Below, one piece after another: positions 35,501-48,664 of a DNA stretch of 64,000 nt; positions within the stretch are counted from its first letter, which is position 1; each line of letters opens with the position of its first letter. Under the pieces are notes generated by a model. That model was not told the origin of the DNA and did not search any database. It was given only the letters and a program-made list of their open reading frames with translations. A program made the position numbers and the translations under genes. The stretch comes from Antedon mediterranea (taxonomy: Eukaryota > Animalia > Echinodermata): positions 14,074,001 to 14,138,000 of the forward strand of contig NC_092674.1 in assembly GCF_964355755.1 (NCBI RefSeq), given 5' to 3'.

Positions 35501-38430
35501 AACGTCTACACAAGCAAACTTTTCATTTTGTTTACTGCATGGTGACAAAACTTAAGGAACCTCAGAAAACTTCTGAAAAATAAAAGTTTGTCTCCACTTC
35601 CCTATAGCATATTCTACACTAGCATAATTAACTTAACAATTTGCAGATGTTTTTGTGTCTGTTGGACACTAGTTACTAGAGGCTTTTGACGACCTAACTT
35701 CTGCAAACTAAATAGTTTTCTATAGTTTTGTCAAGTTTTCCGCTAACAGACATTGGAAAACTTCCTTTGTCAAACTCAAAATTGGCAAACTAAAGCTGTC
35801 TAATACCTTAGCATCTACCATTGCTTGGAGAATTTTGTTTTCCTGCTGTTATTGGAGTCTGTCATTTTGCAGGCCTTCTTCAAACGATGGTTGTCAGCAG
35901 TTTTCAAAAATCAAGTTTGAAAACTAGAGTTTGCTAGAAGATAGACTAGGCTGATTATCAATAGCGTGTTAGTATTATTCAATAGTTACCATACGTCAAA
36001 GGCGACAATATATTTTAATTTTATCAATACTGTGACTATTTTTAATAATAATAATTGTTTAAATATTTAAATATTGTTTTTTTTTTAGGATTGCTGTTAA
36101 TATCTCCTACTTTGGCCTCTCTCTGAGTACTTCTGATTTTGGCGTTAATCATTACATATCTTTTCTTGTATCTGGTGCTACCGAGATACCTGCCTATGCA
36201 TTGAGTATTGTAGCTCTGGACTATTTTGGACGCAGACGATCTTTATCAGCAACATTGTTACTCGGTGGCGTTGCTTGTTTACTAACTATTTTTATTCGTA
36301 AGTAAACAACAACACCAATAATGATAATAATGATAATAATAAAAGAATTTATAATCCTTCATATTTCAAATCAAATGCTCATAGCTGCAGTACATACATG
36401 TTAAAAAATGATTAAAACAAGTTAAAATTCCATAAAGGTCTACGACAACTAGTGATACTAAGGTAATTAAACTGTTTGTTTAAAGGATTTGGTATTTGCT
36501 TCCATAGTCAAATACAGAATTAGCTTTCGAAAGTATTACCTTTCGAATTCCAACGTAAAAACTTACATGGACACCTTTCAGTAGTTTTAATATACTACAT
36601 TATTATAAGAATGAGGACAGTAACATTTCAGCACATTAAGTCCTAATAGAAGTCTTTGTAATTTAAACAAGTCATCAATAGATAATAATTCTAGCACTTT
36701 CAATCTATACAAATAAGATGTGTCACAGGAACCTTTCTAAACATCATTATTCTTGTTGCTTTCCTTTGTATACTTTCTATTCTATTAATTAACTTCTCAA
36801 ATGGTGCCCACATTGACGATTTGTTGTACGCCGTATAGTAAACTTCTCCATAACATTCTCCAGCTGTCCAAGTCTGATGGAACTCTAAACAGTATAGTAT
36901 CATCTGATGATCTAAGTGAGCAAGCTGGTTGATACGATACAAGATTCTACTCAAATAATAATTTGAAGCAATATTCTGTTGTGCTTTAAATGTGGTTATG
37001 AGTAATTCATACTTAATCCTGCGATGAACTGGCAGCCAATGAAGAAGATCTATGAATTAAAAGTTCCTTTTAATTATTGGTGATTCGTACTAGAATCACC
37101 TATTGGTTTTTTATGAATAAATATAGTAAGACATCACTGTGTTTTGTTTATACCAATAATTGACTTTGTAATATATTTTTTATTTTGTTGAAAAGCAATG
37201 GGAATAGGACGACTGACAGTAGCGATGGTAGGAAAGTTTGGAGTAACCGCTGCATTCGGTATTATATTTTTCTATACTGCAGAGCTGTATCCAACTAACA
37301 TACGGTTAGAAATATAATATTCTCCTATTTAGTGGTTATAGCTAGTCTAGTTCAATTGATAAAAGTTAAATACTGTGTTAAACGAGCAACTGTAATATTA
37401 TAATAATTATAATTGTGTATTCGACGTCCTGAGGTGGTGAGGACTTAAAGCACATCATCTTTTTACTCCCCTATTCACTATCATCAAACTCATACAGAAT
37501 AAAACAATGATTCTCGCTGATGATTATTTTATTTTGACATTATAATCTCATTAGTTCTTTTTATTGTAATGTTGATGTGTTCTTTATCCATTCCATCTTC
37601 ATTATGATGATGGCGTTATTGAATAAATGTATCTAGTTGTCAAACTAACCGACTGCTTTATTCATTTGGCAATAGGTCAGTTGATGTTGGTATTTGTTCA
37701 ACATCTGGTCGGATTGGAGCCATCCTATCACCATATATCCTCCACCTGTCAAGGTATTGGGCACCACTTGCAATGTTAACATTCAGTGTATTAGCTATTT
37801 CATCTGGAGTACTTGTTTTACTTTTACCCGAAACTGCCAATAGAAAGTTACCAGATACAATGGATGAAGTCACAGAACTTAAAATGTAAGGGTTTGTTTG
37901 CAAATGTTTCAAAATTTGCATTCAGAATGTACTAATAAACCGCAGTCATTGAACATAATGGGTTCAGTAAGATTTCTAATCTATCAGGGCACGAATTATG
38001 ATTATGTGTAATTTGTTGTTTTTTGTAATTATAAAGTTAATATTTGCATCATTTGTTGTCATCGCTAGTAAGAGCATGTTGCTTTTGTTGGGTCTCTGTT
38101 TGTGTGGTTTATCTTCTTTCTAAGTTTACAGCATCGTTTCGACCAGGGAAGACGTGTAGACGTATGCCTATGTTACAGGAATACGATCACTTTTGAATTT
38201 CATGGTCTAAACAAACATGTTAAAACGTAAAATAGCTATTTTATGTTAAACTAACCAGCCGTACCTTGGGTGTATTTGTATAAGTTCTTTCACTTTATTT
38301 TCTACACTATTTAATATCCATTAATGATAATATTAACGTTTTATAATTTATTTTCAGATCTTTGACAAAATTATCGTCAGCAGAATTAGGAGAAAAAGAA
38401 GCTATGACACAAACAACATTGATATCATGA
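26951..38430 (+). CDS. SLC22: SLC22-family organic cation transporter (Orct-like MFS), 10 exons, about 551 aa, apparently intact
   Basis: Exons 26951-27361 ([35 protein letters not shown]), 31711-31814 (FDLVCD..LADK), 32965-33119 (FGRKP), 34055-34223, 34649-34778 (PESARWL), 35354-35439, 36089-36297 (YFGRR), 37196-37304 (AELYPTNIR), 37676-37885 (LPET..LPDT), 38358-38430 (TGA). Total 1656 nt, phases consistent, no stops seen. Confidence 0.93.
29136..29547 (+). mobile_element. ~364-bp unit bounded by direct repeats ending in (TA)n, carrying a tRNA-like gene
   Basis: AATGTTCTTTGCCTGATTTGTTTATATATA at 29136 and again at 29500, in SLC22 intron 1. Confidence 0.7.
29340..29411 (+). tRNA. tRNA-like cloverleaf with ATC anticodon, probably repeat-borne rather than translational
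   Basis: Acceptor GCCCCAG/TTGGGGC, D stem GTCT/GGAC, anticodon stem TCTGC/GCAGG with loop ATATCAA, T stem CCGAG-TTCGAGT-CTCGG, followed by TTTTT. Confidence 0.7.
30808..31018. mobile_element. Tc1/mariner-type MITE with internal CACGGCAA repeats
   Basis: TA|CGGTGGCCTGTA..GTCACGGCAACTTT ... AAAGTTGCCGTGAC..TACAGGCCACCG|TA. Confidence 0.8.
32080..32420 (+). mobile_element. L2/CR1-group LINE ORF2 C-terminal remnant
   Basis: [25 protein letters not shown] and GPVLWDSL resemble the conserved post-RT region. Confidence 0.55.
33539..33648 (-). pseudogene. Second 5S rRNA-derived sequence
   Basis: Reverse complement GCATACGGCTTTACCACGTTGAAAC..TTCTCGCCAGGTCGCCGAAGTTAAGCAACG..GGGAATATCGGGTGCTGTA; C-box region degraded. 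Confidence 0.75.
36480..36990 (-). mobile_element. CR1/L2-like LINE RT remnant
   Basis: [23 protein letters not shown] matches the W-x-P...IE-x-IQR-x-AT motif downstream of RT. Confidence 0.65.
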
Positions 38431-38843
38431 GAAAGGTTACACCGACGTAACATGATAGACTTCGGTAAAAACGTGAAAAACAGAAGTTCCCAAAAAATAA
38501 ATAATCCAGTGGCTTGCTCATAAGCAATTGTGGTGATAAGGGTTATTAAATACTCAACGCTATTACACTGTGTTTTAATGAACATTATGATCTTGATTTG
38601 TATCAGTATTTCTAGATTATCTATAGAATACTATATCAACAAATTAGTGGAAGTTCTTATAAACCTGGTAACTAAACGCATTTCATCAACTACTGGTTGT
38701 ATTTCACACTATTTAAATTTAGACTTGTGTTTAGCATTAAATTTCAAATTTATAAAAATGTAGGCCTACTTAGAGTATTTGAAAATATAATCAAATTATC
38801 CAATTATTATGGAACGCCTCCTCTGCCTTCAGTTCACATTTAT

Positions 38844-39124
38844 CATGCAGTACACACCAATCGTCATGCAGTACACACCAATCGTCATGCAGTACACACC
38901 AATGGTTATGCAGTACACACCAATCGTCATGCAGTACACACCAATCGTCATGCAGTACACACCAAACATCATGCTGTATACACCAATCGTCATGCAGTAC
39001 ACACCAATCGTCATGCAGTACACACCAATCGTCATGCAGTACACACCAATCGTCATGCAGTACACACCAAACATCATGCAGTACACACCAATTGTCATGC
39101 AGTACACATCAATCGTCATGCAGT
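38844..39124 (+). repeat. 21-bp minisatellite CATGCAGTACACACCAATCGT in left TIR
   Basis: About 13 head-to-tail units without spacers. Confidence 0.95.
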
Positions 39125-40807
39125 CAAATATTGCGTAATTTATACCGCCACCTATCGACAAAATCGAATATCACGTGATAGTAGGGCGGCCAATGTGAGC
39201 TTTTTCATCATGGGGGGCATTTTCTGTTAATAGCAGGCAACCATGTAGAATATATCCCTTATGGAATGACAAAAAAGATAGGGGTGGATGCCGCTCTCAA
39301 ATTTCAGGTCAAAGGTCATTTTCAAGGTTATAAGGTCAAATATGGTAAAATAGAGGTTTAAGCTGTTTTCAACAACATATAAGCTAATTAAAAGAAATGT
39401 AACCATTATTGGATCATTATTGACAAATTGCTGTAGATGGTGAAGTTCATCAATTTTTCAACTTACAAGGTTAAAGGTCATTTTCAAGGTCATAAGGTCA
39501 AATAGAGCACAGACCTGTTAATTATCGATAGCCTGGGGCTGATGGTTATAGTGTGATGTCAAAAAGACCAGAATTGTACTGGGAAGATTTTAAACTTTTT
39601 GAGTCACTCCTGGAAGGTGTTCAAGGAATGGAGAGGATGAGTCCTAGAGTATCAAAATAACCGAAATTGGAGGCCTACTGGAATGTCTTAAATTTCATTT
39701 AAAAACGGTCACAGAGGGTTTGTGGGTTGGGAGTAATGGGCGGCATGGGCACATGCCAATATTCGACATTTTTCTGCGATGGAAGGAGGTAACGCTCTGA
39801 GGTGGGTATTTCTTCAAGCACTGATATATAATGCCTACTGGCCATCTGGGTAACGGCAAATGATTGAATCACAACCACATATTGATGCTTTCTGTAACAA
39901 CTTCATCTGGCTCTTTAGTTTACATACACATGTAACAAGTTCCAAACTGACAACTGGGTTATGGGCTTCCAAACGAGAAGATTTATTTAGGCCACATACT
40001 GATCTCTGCCTGATAGTTGGCTCGTATGTTTAAGTTCTATGATGTCTGTATTCACCATAGGCGAGTTTTTTTAATGTTAAGTGTTTCCCGAAGTAGAAAT
40101 ACAGGTACTTAAATATTTATTGAGTGAAGTGAAATACTTAATATTTAAGGGAAATATATATCACTAGTGTTAATGGTATATAGTCACTGAGTCTAGATGG
40201 AGGTAGCACCAAAGAGTAGTCTGTTATTATACAGTTATCTGCTCAAGAGTACCATATGTTTTGCAAACTTTAGTGTACACTGTATGTGGAAAGTCTTAAT
40301 CTTAATCAATTCCATTTACAAGGAGTGGATGCGTCACAAATGATTTCCAGTATGACCTCTTTCCATAACCAGCAAATAATGACGTTCTGCAACCTTTAAT
40401 GGCATGGAAGCTGATTAGATTATTCTTAATAGGTTTTCAACCACTTTATTGTTCACTATACTTCATCGTCCATACTTTTGAAGGCTACTGTTACAAAGTG
40501 CATATCATTAATTAACATCCACTTTCATGTATAATTGCAAGCTCTTTGTTATTGACATAAAGAATGTCTAAAAACTTTGTGATAATTGTTCTCCTCCAAA
40601 CCGATGAGTGTGGCCCAAAACACATACGGAAGTACAGATTAGTACATTGGGACTATCCTTTCAATCGTGTCACTGCTTTTATCCACCCCTTTCCAATGTA
40701 ATGATTAAATACAACAAAATGACGAAATATCTAGGTAACTTGCATAAATACTTGCATAGTCACCAAATGTTTACAGCCATGTTTACTGCATCCTATAGTG
40801 CATTTAA

Positions 40808-43800
40808 GAGCCATTGTCTGTAAAAATCAAAGATTTGGTGGCAGATGTAAAAAAATGGATTTCTCTCAAATTTTTACCATGAATAGACATTTCAATAAAA
40901 AGCATATCTACAACATTCATTTTAATTTTTAGCCTCCGTTGCCATGACAACGGTCAATTATCCAAATTTTGATGTTTTTGCCATTTTTCACAGATTTTCT
41001 ATAGTGAAAAAGTACAAACTTGTATACTTATTTTAACCAAAAATACTTACAGTATACAGTTTTTGTTTATAGCAGTGTAAACAACATGTATTGAGTTCCA
41101 TTTAATATAGAAAAAAAAAAAATTACAAAATGGAGTTTGGTTGATACCATTATTTTAAAAAGGGTTTTTTTTTTAAAAAATATTTTTTTTATAAAAGTAT
41201 ACCTCATAAACGTACCTATAACTTCCAAAGTGGTGTTTTTAAATCAATGAGGTTTTTTAATTTGATAGTCAATAGGTTTGTCAACAATAATCACGAAAAA
41301 AACACTGGGGTAAATTTCGTACATAGGTTTTGTGTTGCCAGGAAAATACGAAAAATGCAAAAAATATAACAAAATATCAACAACCAAAACACATGAAACA
41401 CAATTTAAATATGGCTAATCCAATAATAAAATGTATATATGGCTTGTCATAATGCTACTAGAGTCATACGAATAGTTTAGATAAAATAGGAGAATGTGTT
41501 GCCAGGTTTATTTCAATTAATTGCCAGAAAAACAGTATTTTGCATTGAAATATTTAGTTGATGGAAAATAATGTTAAACTTGGAAATAATTGAGTCAATG
41601 GTTTTTATAAATTTTTAAATCTATTTTGTGTAAAGAGATACAGAAAGACCTCCCAAAAAATCTGACCTTGTAAATAGGTCATTTGAGGTCAAAAGGGGTC
41701 AGAATGCAAAATAGGACAGGTCCCCACTTTACTACAACTATTAATATTTGATCAAAATTTACAAGATAGTTCATAACAATTCTCAACAATTTTCATATTT
41801 TACCTATAGTGTTACCTTAGCAACCATTTCTATGTGTAACTAAGGAAAGTAATTAAAAAAAAAACGTAAAAAATTGCGTTTTTATAAATACAAAGAATTG
41901 ATTGCATTTGTACATACAATTTTACTTCTACTGCATTCCATTAATGACAAACTTGACCTTGTAAATTCATTCATTTTGAGGTCAACATTTTACCATAGTA
42001 AGTGTTTCTATGCGAAAATTTAAAAAAAATAAGGGGTTTTTCATAAATAAAAAACATTTTTTCTACATAGTTTTACATTTCTACTTTTTGCCAAATTTAC
42101 TTTAAATACTGAATCCTAATAATCTCAGAAAGAAAGTCTTGCCGAATCTGAATAAAGGTTAAAAAAAATTACCTTTAGTGTTATCTTAAACCTGTTTACG
42201 TAACAAATGATATTAAAAAAAAAAATTAAATATGGAGTTTCATGAAAAAAAAAAAATTTACATATTGAGGTCAAATGACATCAACATTTTACCTATAGTG
42301 TATTGTAGCAACTGTTTCTATACGTAACTAAGTACAATATTTTTAATATGGGGTTTCATGACTACAAACAATTGATTACATAGCTTTACTACCTTTTCCC
42401 AAATTTACTTATCTACTGAATCCCAGAAAATGTCTGACCTTGTGAAAGGGTCATTTTTTGGGTCAAGTTATGTCAAAATGTATTATTTATGTTATCTTAG
42501 AACCTGTTTCTATGCGTAACTAAGGATAATTGTTTTGTTAAATACAGTTGAACCTCCCGTAAGTGGCCACCCTCGGGACCTGGAAAAGTGGCCGCTTACG
42601 GGCGGTGACCCCTTACGGGAGGTTCTGCCGATAAAGGGCCAAAATCACTTATTATGGCTATATACGATATTCTTAAAGAAACGAGCCTCTCAATTTTCCA
42701 GCTAATTGTAGGCATATTATTATTTATAATCAGGTGGTTTATTATTTTTTAGCATTTTCAGACAAATTTTAAAAACTTTTATCATATGAAAAATGGTCGG
42801 TCAAAATCTGTCTAGTTTTCTCATCTCTTCACAGTAATGTTTTTAAAACCTCTTCAAAATAAAGCTAATATATAAAGAAATACAATAAACATGCACCTCT
42901 AATTCATAGGTCCATGCAATAAGTATCACATTTTTCGATTGGCCTCTTACAAAAAATCTCATTTTTAGTATAAAGAGGTGCTCGCAGCTGCTTACGGTAA
43001 GCACCAAATGCACTAATTAGATAGGAAGAACAAACAGGCTTTTCAAAGTGCGTCCGTTAAGGGAGGTGGCCGCTGTAAATAAAATATGGGGTTTTCATGA
43101 ATAAAAATAATCACAGAAGAAAGTGCTTACGAATATGACCTTGTGAAACGGTAATTTGAAAATGCAAATAAGGCATGCCTGCTAATAATCTACAAATTTA
43201 AATTTGTATGAGATAAATATGCAAAATCTAAAGAATATCTCATTTTTAGTTACCATAGTAACTGTTGCTATGCATAACTAAGGGAAATTAAATAATTATC
43301 AGATAATTATTAATTAATAGTTATTACTGAATCCAACCATCACAGTAAAAAAATATAGAATTTAAAACCAATATTTAATAATAAAGTGTGATATTTTACA
43401 TGCTGACCTTAAATGAAATGAAATTTCAAATCAGGGCTTCAATATTTGTTATGTAGCATTAACATACCTGAGTATATCATTGACTTTTGATTGGTTCTAT
43501 TTTGGGGAGGGAAAAGTGGTGGATCCAGGACTTTTAAATAGTTAGGTGGTTGAAGGCGAGGGTCTAAAAAATTAACTTTATGTCCTATGTTTTGCATTGC
43601 AATTTTTAACTTGGGGTGGGTGGGGGCTTGGAGAAAAAGGGGAGGTGGTGGGATGGAGGAGTTTGAATCCGTCTATTCATTGGGGCGATAGTAGCGGCAG
43701 TGTGGTTGGTGCTTGAATGCATGCATTTGACACTCTATAGTGGATGATCAACCAAAGTGTTGCAGTTTATCTTTTTGTGGTTATAGTCGGGGTGGGGGTG

Positions 43801-44711
43801 GGGAGGGGTGGTAGTCGAAAGTGGTGGTGGATGGGCATGTGGGATCTGCTTAGGTTAGCAAATAAAAGAAGTAAACAAATGAAAGAGGAGCTTCAAAATA
43901 AGAGAGGAGTAATCTGTTGCAAAGATTAAAATTCACAACGATCTGATAATTTATTCAAATTTCCAGAGGATATAACCTATAAAATGACATTAAAACTGGG
44001 AATTACAGAATCTATAATTAAAAATTAATTTTTTTTCTCACAACACAACTAGAACTATATAAAACATTAAGAATTTTTCTGACCAATGAGTTTCAAATCA
44101 AATAATCAAAGAAAATAAAATGTTTTTACTAATATACCATGTTTTTTTTTTATATAAAAATGCCTATGTTTCTCGCAACACTGCTTGTAGATTTTAAATT
44201 TACCCCAGTATTTTATTTTAGAAATCAATTATTAAACATTAGAACTACCTATTTGTAATAAATCAGCTAAAAAAATACACCACTTTGGGCGTTATGGTGA
44301 AGTAAAGTTTAGTTGCATTGAACAATTTAAAAAAAGTGAAAAACACCCCTTTTTAAATAAATGGTATCTCCCAAAGTATGAAATAAAAAAAAATAAAACA
44401 TTTTGAAACAGGTACACAATGCATTGTTATTATGCATACACTAATTATTTTTTATAATTAAATGAACAACACAAAAATATCGTTCATCAAAGTAGTGCCA
44501 ATATCCATTTTAAAAAACCTTAAAAAAGGACAAAATTTGTCAAAAACATAAATTTGGCCGTTGCCATGGAAAAATACTTGTGAAATAAAAAATACTTCAT
44601 ATTTGATTTCTCTCAACACATATATAGCCATGTGCAAAATTTGAAAGAAATCCATTTTTTTGAGTCTGCCACTTTTTTTGATATTTCTTTGATTCTTACA
44701 GACAATGGCTC
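40808..44711. mobile_element. Sola3-like non-autonomous element with long TIRs
   Basis: TTAA|GAGCCATTGTCTGTAA ... TTACAGACAATGGCTC|TTAA, with inverted similarity over several hundred bp. GAG..CTC termini plus TTAA TSD are described for Sola3. Confidence 0.8.
42545..43074. mobile_element. pogo/Tigger-like MITE, right end truncated
   Basis: TA|CAGTTGAACCTCCCGTAAGTGGCCACC with subterminal CTTACGGG repeats and partial inverse GGGAGGTGGCCGCT. Confidence 0.6.
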
Positions 44712-45339
44712 TTAAGTTTTTACTGTAAGTTTTCTTCTGGAACATCTGTGGGTATTTCAACGCCATCCATCAAGATATGTGAAGTCATATTTTGTTAAAG
44801 ATATTAAAATTGGGCTATGATCAAACTCCAATGGTTAATCAGCAGATTTTCTGTCAGTTTTTATATACTTTATCGAAACAGTTGCCTTATAGAAATCCGC
44901 AAAGGTTTAGAGCAATGCTTTCTCAGTGGCTCATGAAGTTCTACTGTTTTTTTTCCTCAATAAGTTGTTACTTTAAATATAAGATCTTCCTTATCTGTCA
45001 GTTCAAAAGAATATTGTGTATTGTGTGATTCGTGATCAGTCTGACCATGTCATGCAGAACCTATCAATGAATTACAGCGTTTCTTGTTATACCAATGATT
45101 CTATTTTGAATTGATCAATCATCCACTCAGTGTTTAGAATATTGGTTCTGATAGTTTAGATAGGTAAATTTGTTTAGTACCATTTTAACCTCATTTCTAC
45201 AACGAATTCAATCGGTTTTTAAATGTGTTGGTGGTTTCAGAAATGACGACTTTGGTTGGCAAACTATTAAAATATATAATTACTAATTGTGAAAAAGTGG
45301 ATCTCCTATCAGTCCTTTGTAAAATTTAGGTTTAAAAAG

Positions 45340-45610
45340 TCTAAGCTGATGTCCTCGTGTATTTCTGCTTAGATTGCATCTCATTTGAAGGAAGTCTTCC
45401 TTGGCTACACCCTCGAAATCTTTTGGAAAATTTTCAATCAAGTCACCATGAATTCGTCTGTCATACAGGGTTGTTAGGCCAAGAAACTTTAAACGATCTT
45501 CATACGAATAAGAATGGATAGCTGGAATTTGATTTGTCGCATGACGTTGACCTCTTCAAGTGCGTTTATGTCTTTTTGGAGAAATGGATTTCATACCTCA
45601 TGGACACAGT
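45340..45610 (-). mobile_element. CR1-like LINE 3' remnant
   Basis: Reverse strand NPFLQKDINALEEV, frameshift, SYEDRLKFLGLTTLYDRRIHGDLIE, typical of the CR1 C-terminus. Confidence 0.75.
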
Positions 45611-45744
45611 AGAAGAAGAAGTCCCCAATTACCACTCCTTCCAACCTTGATAACGTCAAATAGTTAGGGTTTTTGAAAACAAAGACTCGATACCCAGGTT
45701 TCTCTTTCGAGATTTCAATAAAAACTTGTATCATTGAATTAATG

Positions 45745-47360
45745 AAAAAAATGTTTAAATAATTACATTATAGGGGGTCTCTGACCCAAACAAAAACATC
45801 TCGACATTAGGTCATATATATATGTTTTAAAATTTTTCTAATAACAAATTTCTAAATATTATTACATTATTATAGGTAATCTATATATAAATTTACGTAA
45901 GGGCAAAATTCGGTAAATCGCGCCTTACTTTTAGAATTTTTACTCGATGGTATATAAAGTTGGTTCGTACTTTCGGTACTGATTTTAACCACCTGATGTA
46001 ACCCTGTTTACTAATTAAATTAAGTTAGATAATTAGTTATTGACGATTAAAACGAATTTAGGTTCAACGATTTGCCCCAAATAGGGTGTTTTCCGATCGT
46101 GGTATACACTGTCTAATGGATGTCAATCTTGAAAAATACCCGCCACAAAAATTCGAGGAGGCTTCGCATTTTCCTATCTCCTCCTAAGATAATTGTTTTT
46201 AATAGCTGAAAACCGGTTGAACAGCTCGAGTACAATATCATGATGTTGAAGACAGGCCGATTTTCTTTAAAAAATACTATTTTGATAGATTTAATATACG
46301 TTTAATATACAAATGTATTGATTTGCGATGAATGGAACATTCCAATCTCTGTGTCGTTCCACAAGTGTCTATTCCCTCAGGCGTCGTAAAAGAAAGTACT
46401 GTATACTCATTACAGAAATTCGATCCATTTGTGCTGCAGAGGTTGGATATAATTTTTTTTAAACGGATAATGAGCTGGTGCTAGCGTTTTCAGTCGCCGT
46501 GTATTTATTATGTACACATCTTTATTATTGCAGTTAAACCACCCATATCATCACCCTTCCCTCACTGGCATGAGTAGCGTTGTAAAGCCATAGTAGAGCC
46601 TGATAGGCCAACGGTGCATCATATGCCCTAAACGCAAAACAACTTTGGTGGGTAGGGTAGAAACCAACTTAAGTATGAATTGGCTCTAAGAAACAATTGA
46701 AAACCAACAATTGGTCTCATTTTGTGACAAGTTTCTCTTTCGGAAGTAATTCCCAGGGTGCTAATTTTAGTTGAGTACATAAATCAGTGTCTATTTATTC
46801 GTTTCTGTAAACGACATGTATTATTGTACGTACATTTGAAATTGCCAGTTTTTTAACGCTGAAATTATTATGTATTCGAGAACCATCTGTGGGCACGACC
46901 TAGATGGTATATTACTGTATTACATTATTATAGGTAATATTAATAATATTATAGTAAAAGACCAATCTTTTGGCACATATGGCGTTTCATACATATAACG
47001 CTTGACCTATTTTTTCCGACAAAAATCAAAACGATGACTGGTGGACAACAAAAAAAATGTTTAAATAATTACATTATAGGGGGTCTCTGACCCAAACAAA
47101 AACATCTCGACATTAGGTCATATAACTCTGTTTTAAAATTTTTCTAAAAACAAATTTCTAAATATTATTACATTATTATAGGTAGTTTTAATAATTTTTA
47201 TAAAATCAAATTTCTAAATATTACTGTATTACATTATTATAGGTAATATTAATAATATTATAGTAAAAGACCAATCTTTTGGCACATATGGCGTTTCATA
47301 CATATAACGCTTGACCTATTTTTTCTGACAAAAAATTAAAACGATGACTGGTGGACAACA
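45745..47360 (+). repeat. ~310-bp tandem duplication whose first copy is interrupted by a Helitron
   Basis: 45745-45878 matches 47049-47184 and 46908-47049 matches 47219-47360. Confidence 0.8.
45880..46908 (+). mobile_element. Non-autonomous Helitron-like element, copy A (3' end clipped)
   Basis: A|TCTATATATAAATTTACGTAAGGGC 5' end; near-identical in reverse to 48665-49951 and 56777-57095. Confidence 0.75.
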
Positions 47361-48059
47361 TGAAAAAGACAAATTTACAACAGACTGGGAAAAGCCTATT
47401 AAAAACTGTGTGTACTTTACAGAAATATGTGAAAACAACATTTTGAGAAAATGACACTTTTATATTTAATTTCCTATGTTTTTATGTGTAAAATTAAATG
47501 TTTATCTCATAATTATTATTGATCTTCAGATATACCTTTTTGGATAGATCTGATGATGTAAATGATTTTCCGTGAATAAAAAAAAATCCTATATTTTGAC
47601 CTTGTTTGACCTCTTGACCACATAAACTGACCTTAAAACCCAAAACTGAAGATGGCATCCACCCCTATCGTTTTTGTCACCCCACAAAGGATACATTCAA
47701 CATGGTTGCCTGCTATTAACAAAAAATGCCCCCCAAACTTTTTATAGAGGACTTTTGTGTATTTGGCCTCTCTACTATGAGGTTTATTAGACGGCTGTAA
47801 AACTAAGACTATTTAAACTTCTTTTATGGAATTCAATAATTGCAATGGCCTCCTAGCCGCGCCTGTGTCTCGCATAATAAATTATTGTATATATAAAAAA
47901 CAGAGCATTCACAGAGATGTGTAGCGGTTTAAATAAGTACAGTATGTCAAACATAAAAGAAATCTTAGAGTCGATGGCCTAGTTTTACAGCCGTCTAATA
48001 AACGTCACGTGATATTCGATTTTGTCGATAGGTGGCGGTATAAATTACGCAATATTTCA

Positions 48060-48399
48060 CTGCATGACGATTGGTGTGTACTGCATGACGATTGGTGTGT
48101 ACTGCATGACAATTGGTGTGTACTGCATGACCATTGGTGTGTACTGCATGATGTTTGGTGTGTACTGCATGACGATTGGTGTGTACTGCATGATGTTTGG
48201 TGTGTACTGCATGACGATTGGTGTGTACTGCATGACGATTGGTGTGTACTACATGATGATTGGTGTGTACTGCATGACCATTGGTGTGTACTGCATGATA
48301 AATGTGAACGACGATTGGTGTGTACTGCATGACCATTGGTGTGTACTGCATGACCATTGGTGTGTACTGCATGACGATTGATGTGTACTACATGACCAT
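48060..48399 (-). repeat. 21-bp minisatellite in right TIR, reverse complement of 38844-39124
   Basis: About 16 units of ACGATTGGTGTGTACTGCATG. Confidence 0.95.
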
Positions 48400-48664
48400 T
48401 GTGAACTGAAGGCAGAGGAGGCGTTCCATAAATTATTGCCTTGTTAACGATTTAATAATACACTGCATAATGGTTATTGATGTACATATCGTATATTTTT
48501 ATTTTAATGTATGGATGATCTGTTGAATTGTAAAATAATCTTAAAAATAAATGGGACAATTTTTATTAACAAAAAAAAGCCATAACATCAAAATATCAAA
48601 AGAAACAAAACAAAATATAAATTTGTTTTTTTCTTATAATTTGCAACAGTGATAATTATACTAA

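Larger units (their letters stand above)
39179..47777. mobile_element. Academ-like DNA transposon, degenerate, 3-bp TSD
   Basis: Termini TAGTAGGGCGGCC / GGCCTCTCTACTA, inverted arms 39212-39291 vs 47653-47734, TSD TGA at 39176-39178 and 47778-47780. Confidence 0.8.
38808..48430. mobile_element. Foldback-like element with minisatellite-containing TIRs (about 1 kb when empty), inflated by nested insertions
   Basis: TATGGAACGCCTCCTCTGCCTTCAGTTCACA and its exact reverse complement at 48400-48430; flanked by AATTAT on both sides. The left TIR resumes at 47781 after the Academ insertion. Confidence 0.85.

Noticed and set aside
35480-35900. Possible Tc1 transposase remnant on the minus strand
   Set aside because: Only a vague KPL-like motif, no TIRs or catalytic residues recognisable.
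38844-39124. 21-bp array and its mirror at 48060-48399 as a CRISPR array or His-rich repeat protein
   Set aside because: Units are head-to-tail with no unique spacers and no cas genes. The ORFs arise because 21 is a multiple of 3, and the arrays are the arms of a TIR element.
39600-40800. Academ transposase coding remnants
   Set aside because: Coding-like composition, but no continuous frame or unambiguous motif could be read.
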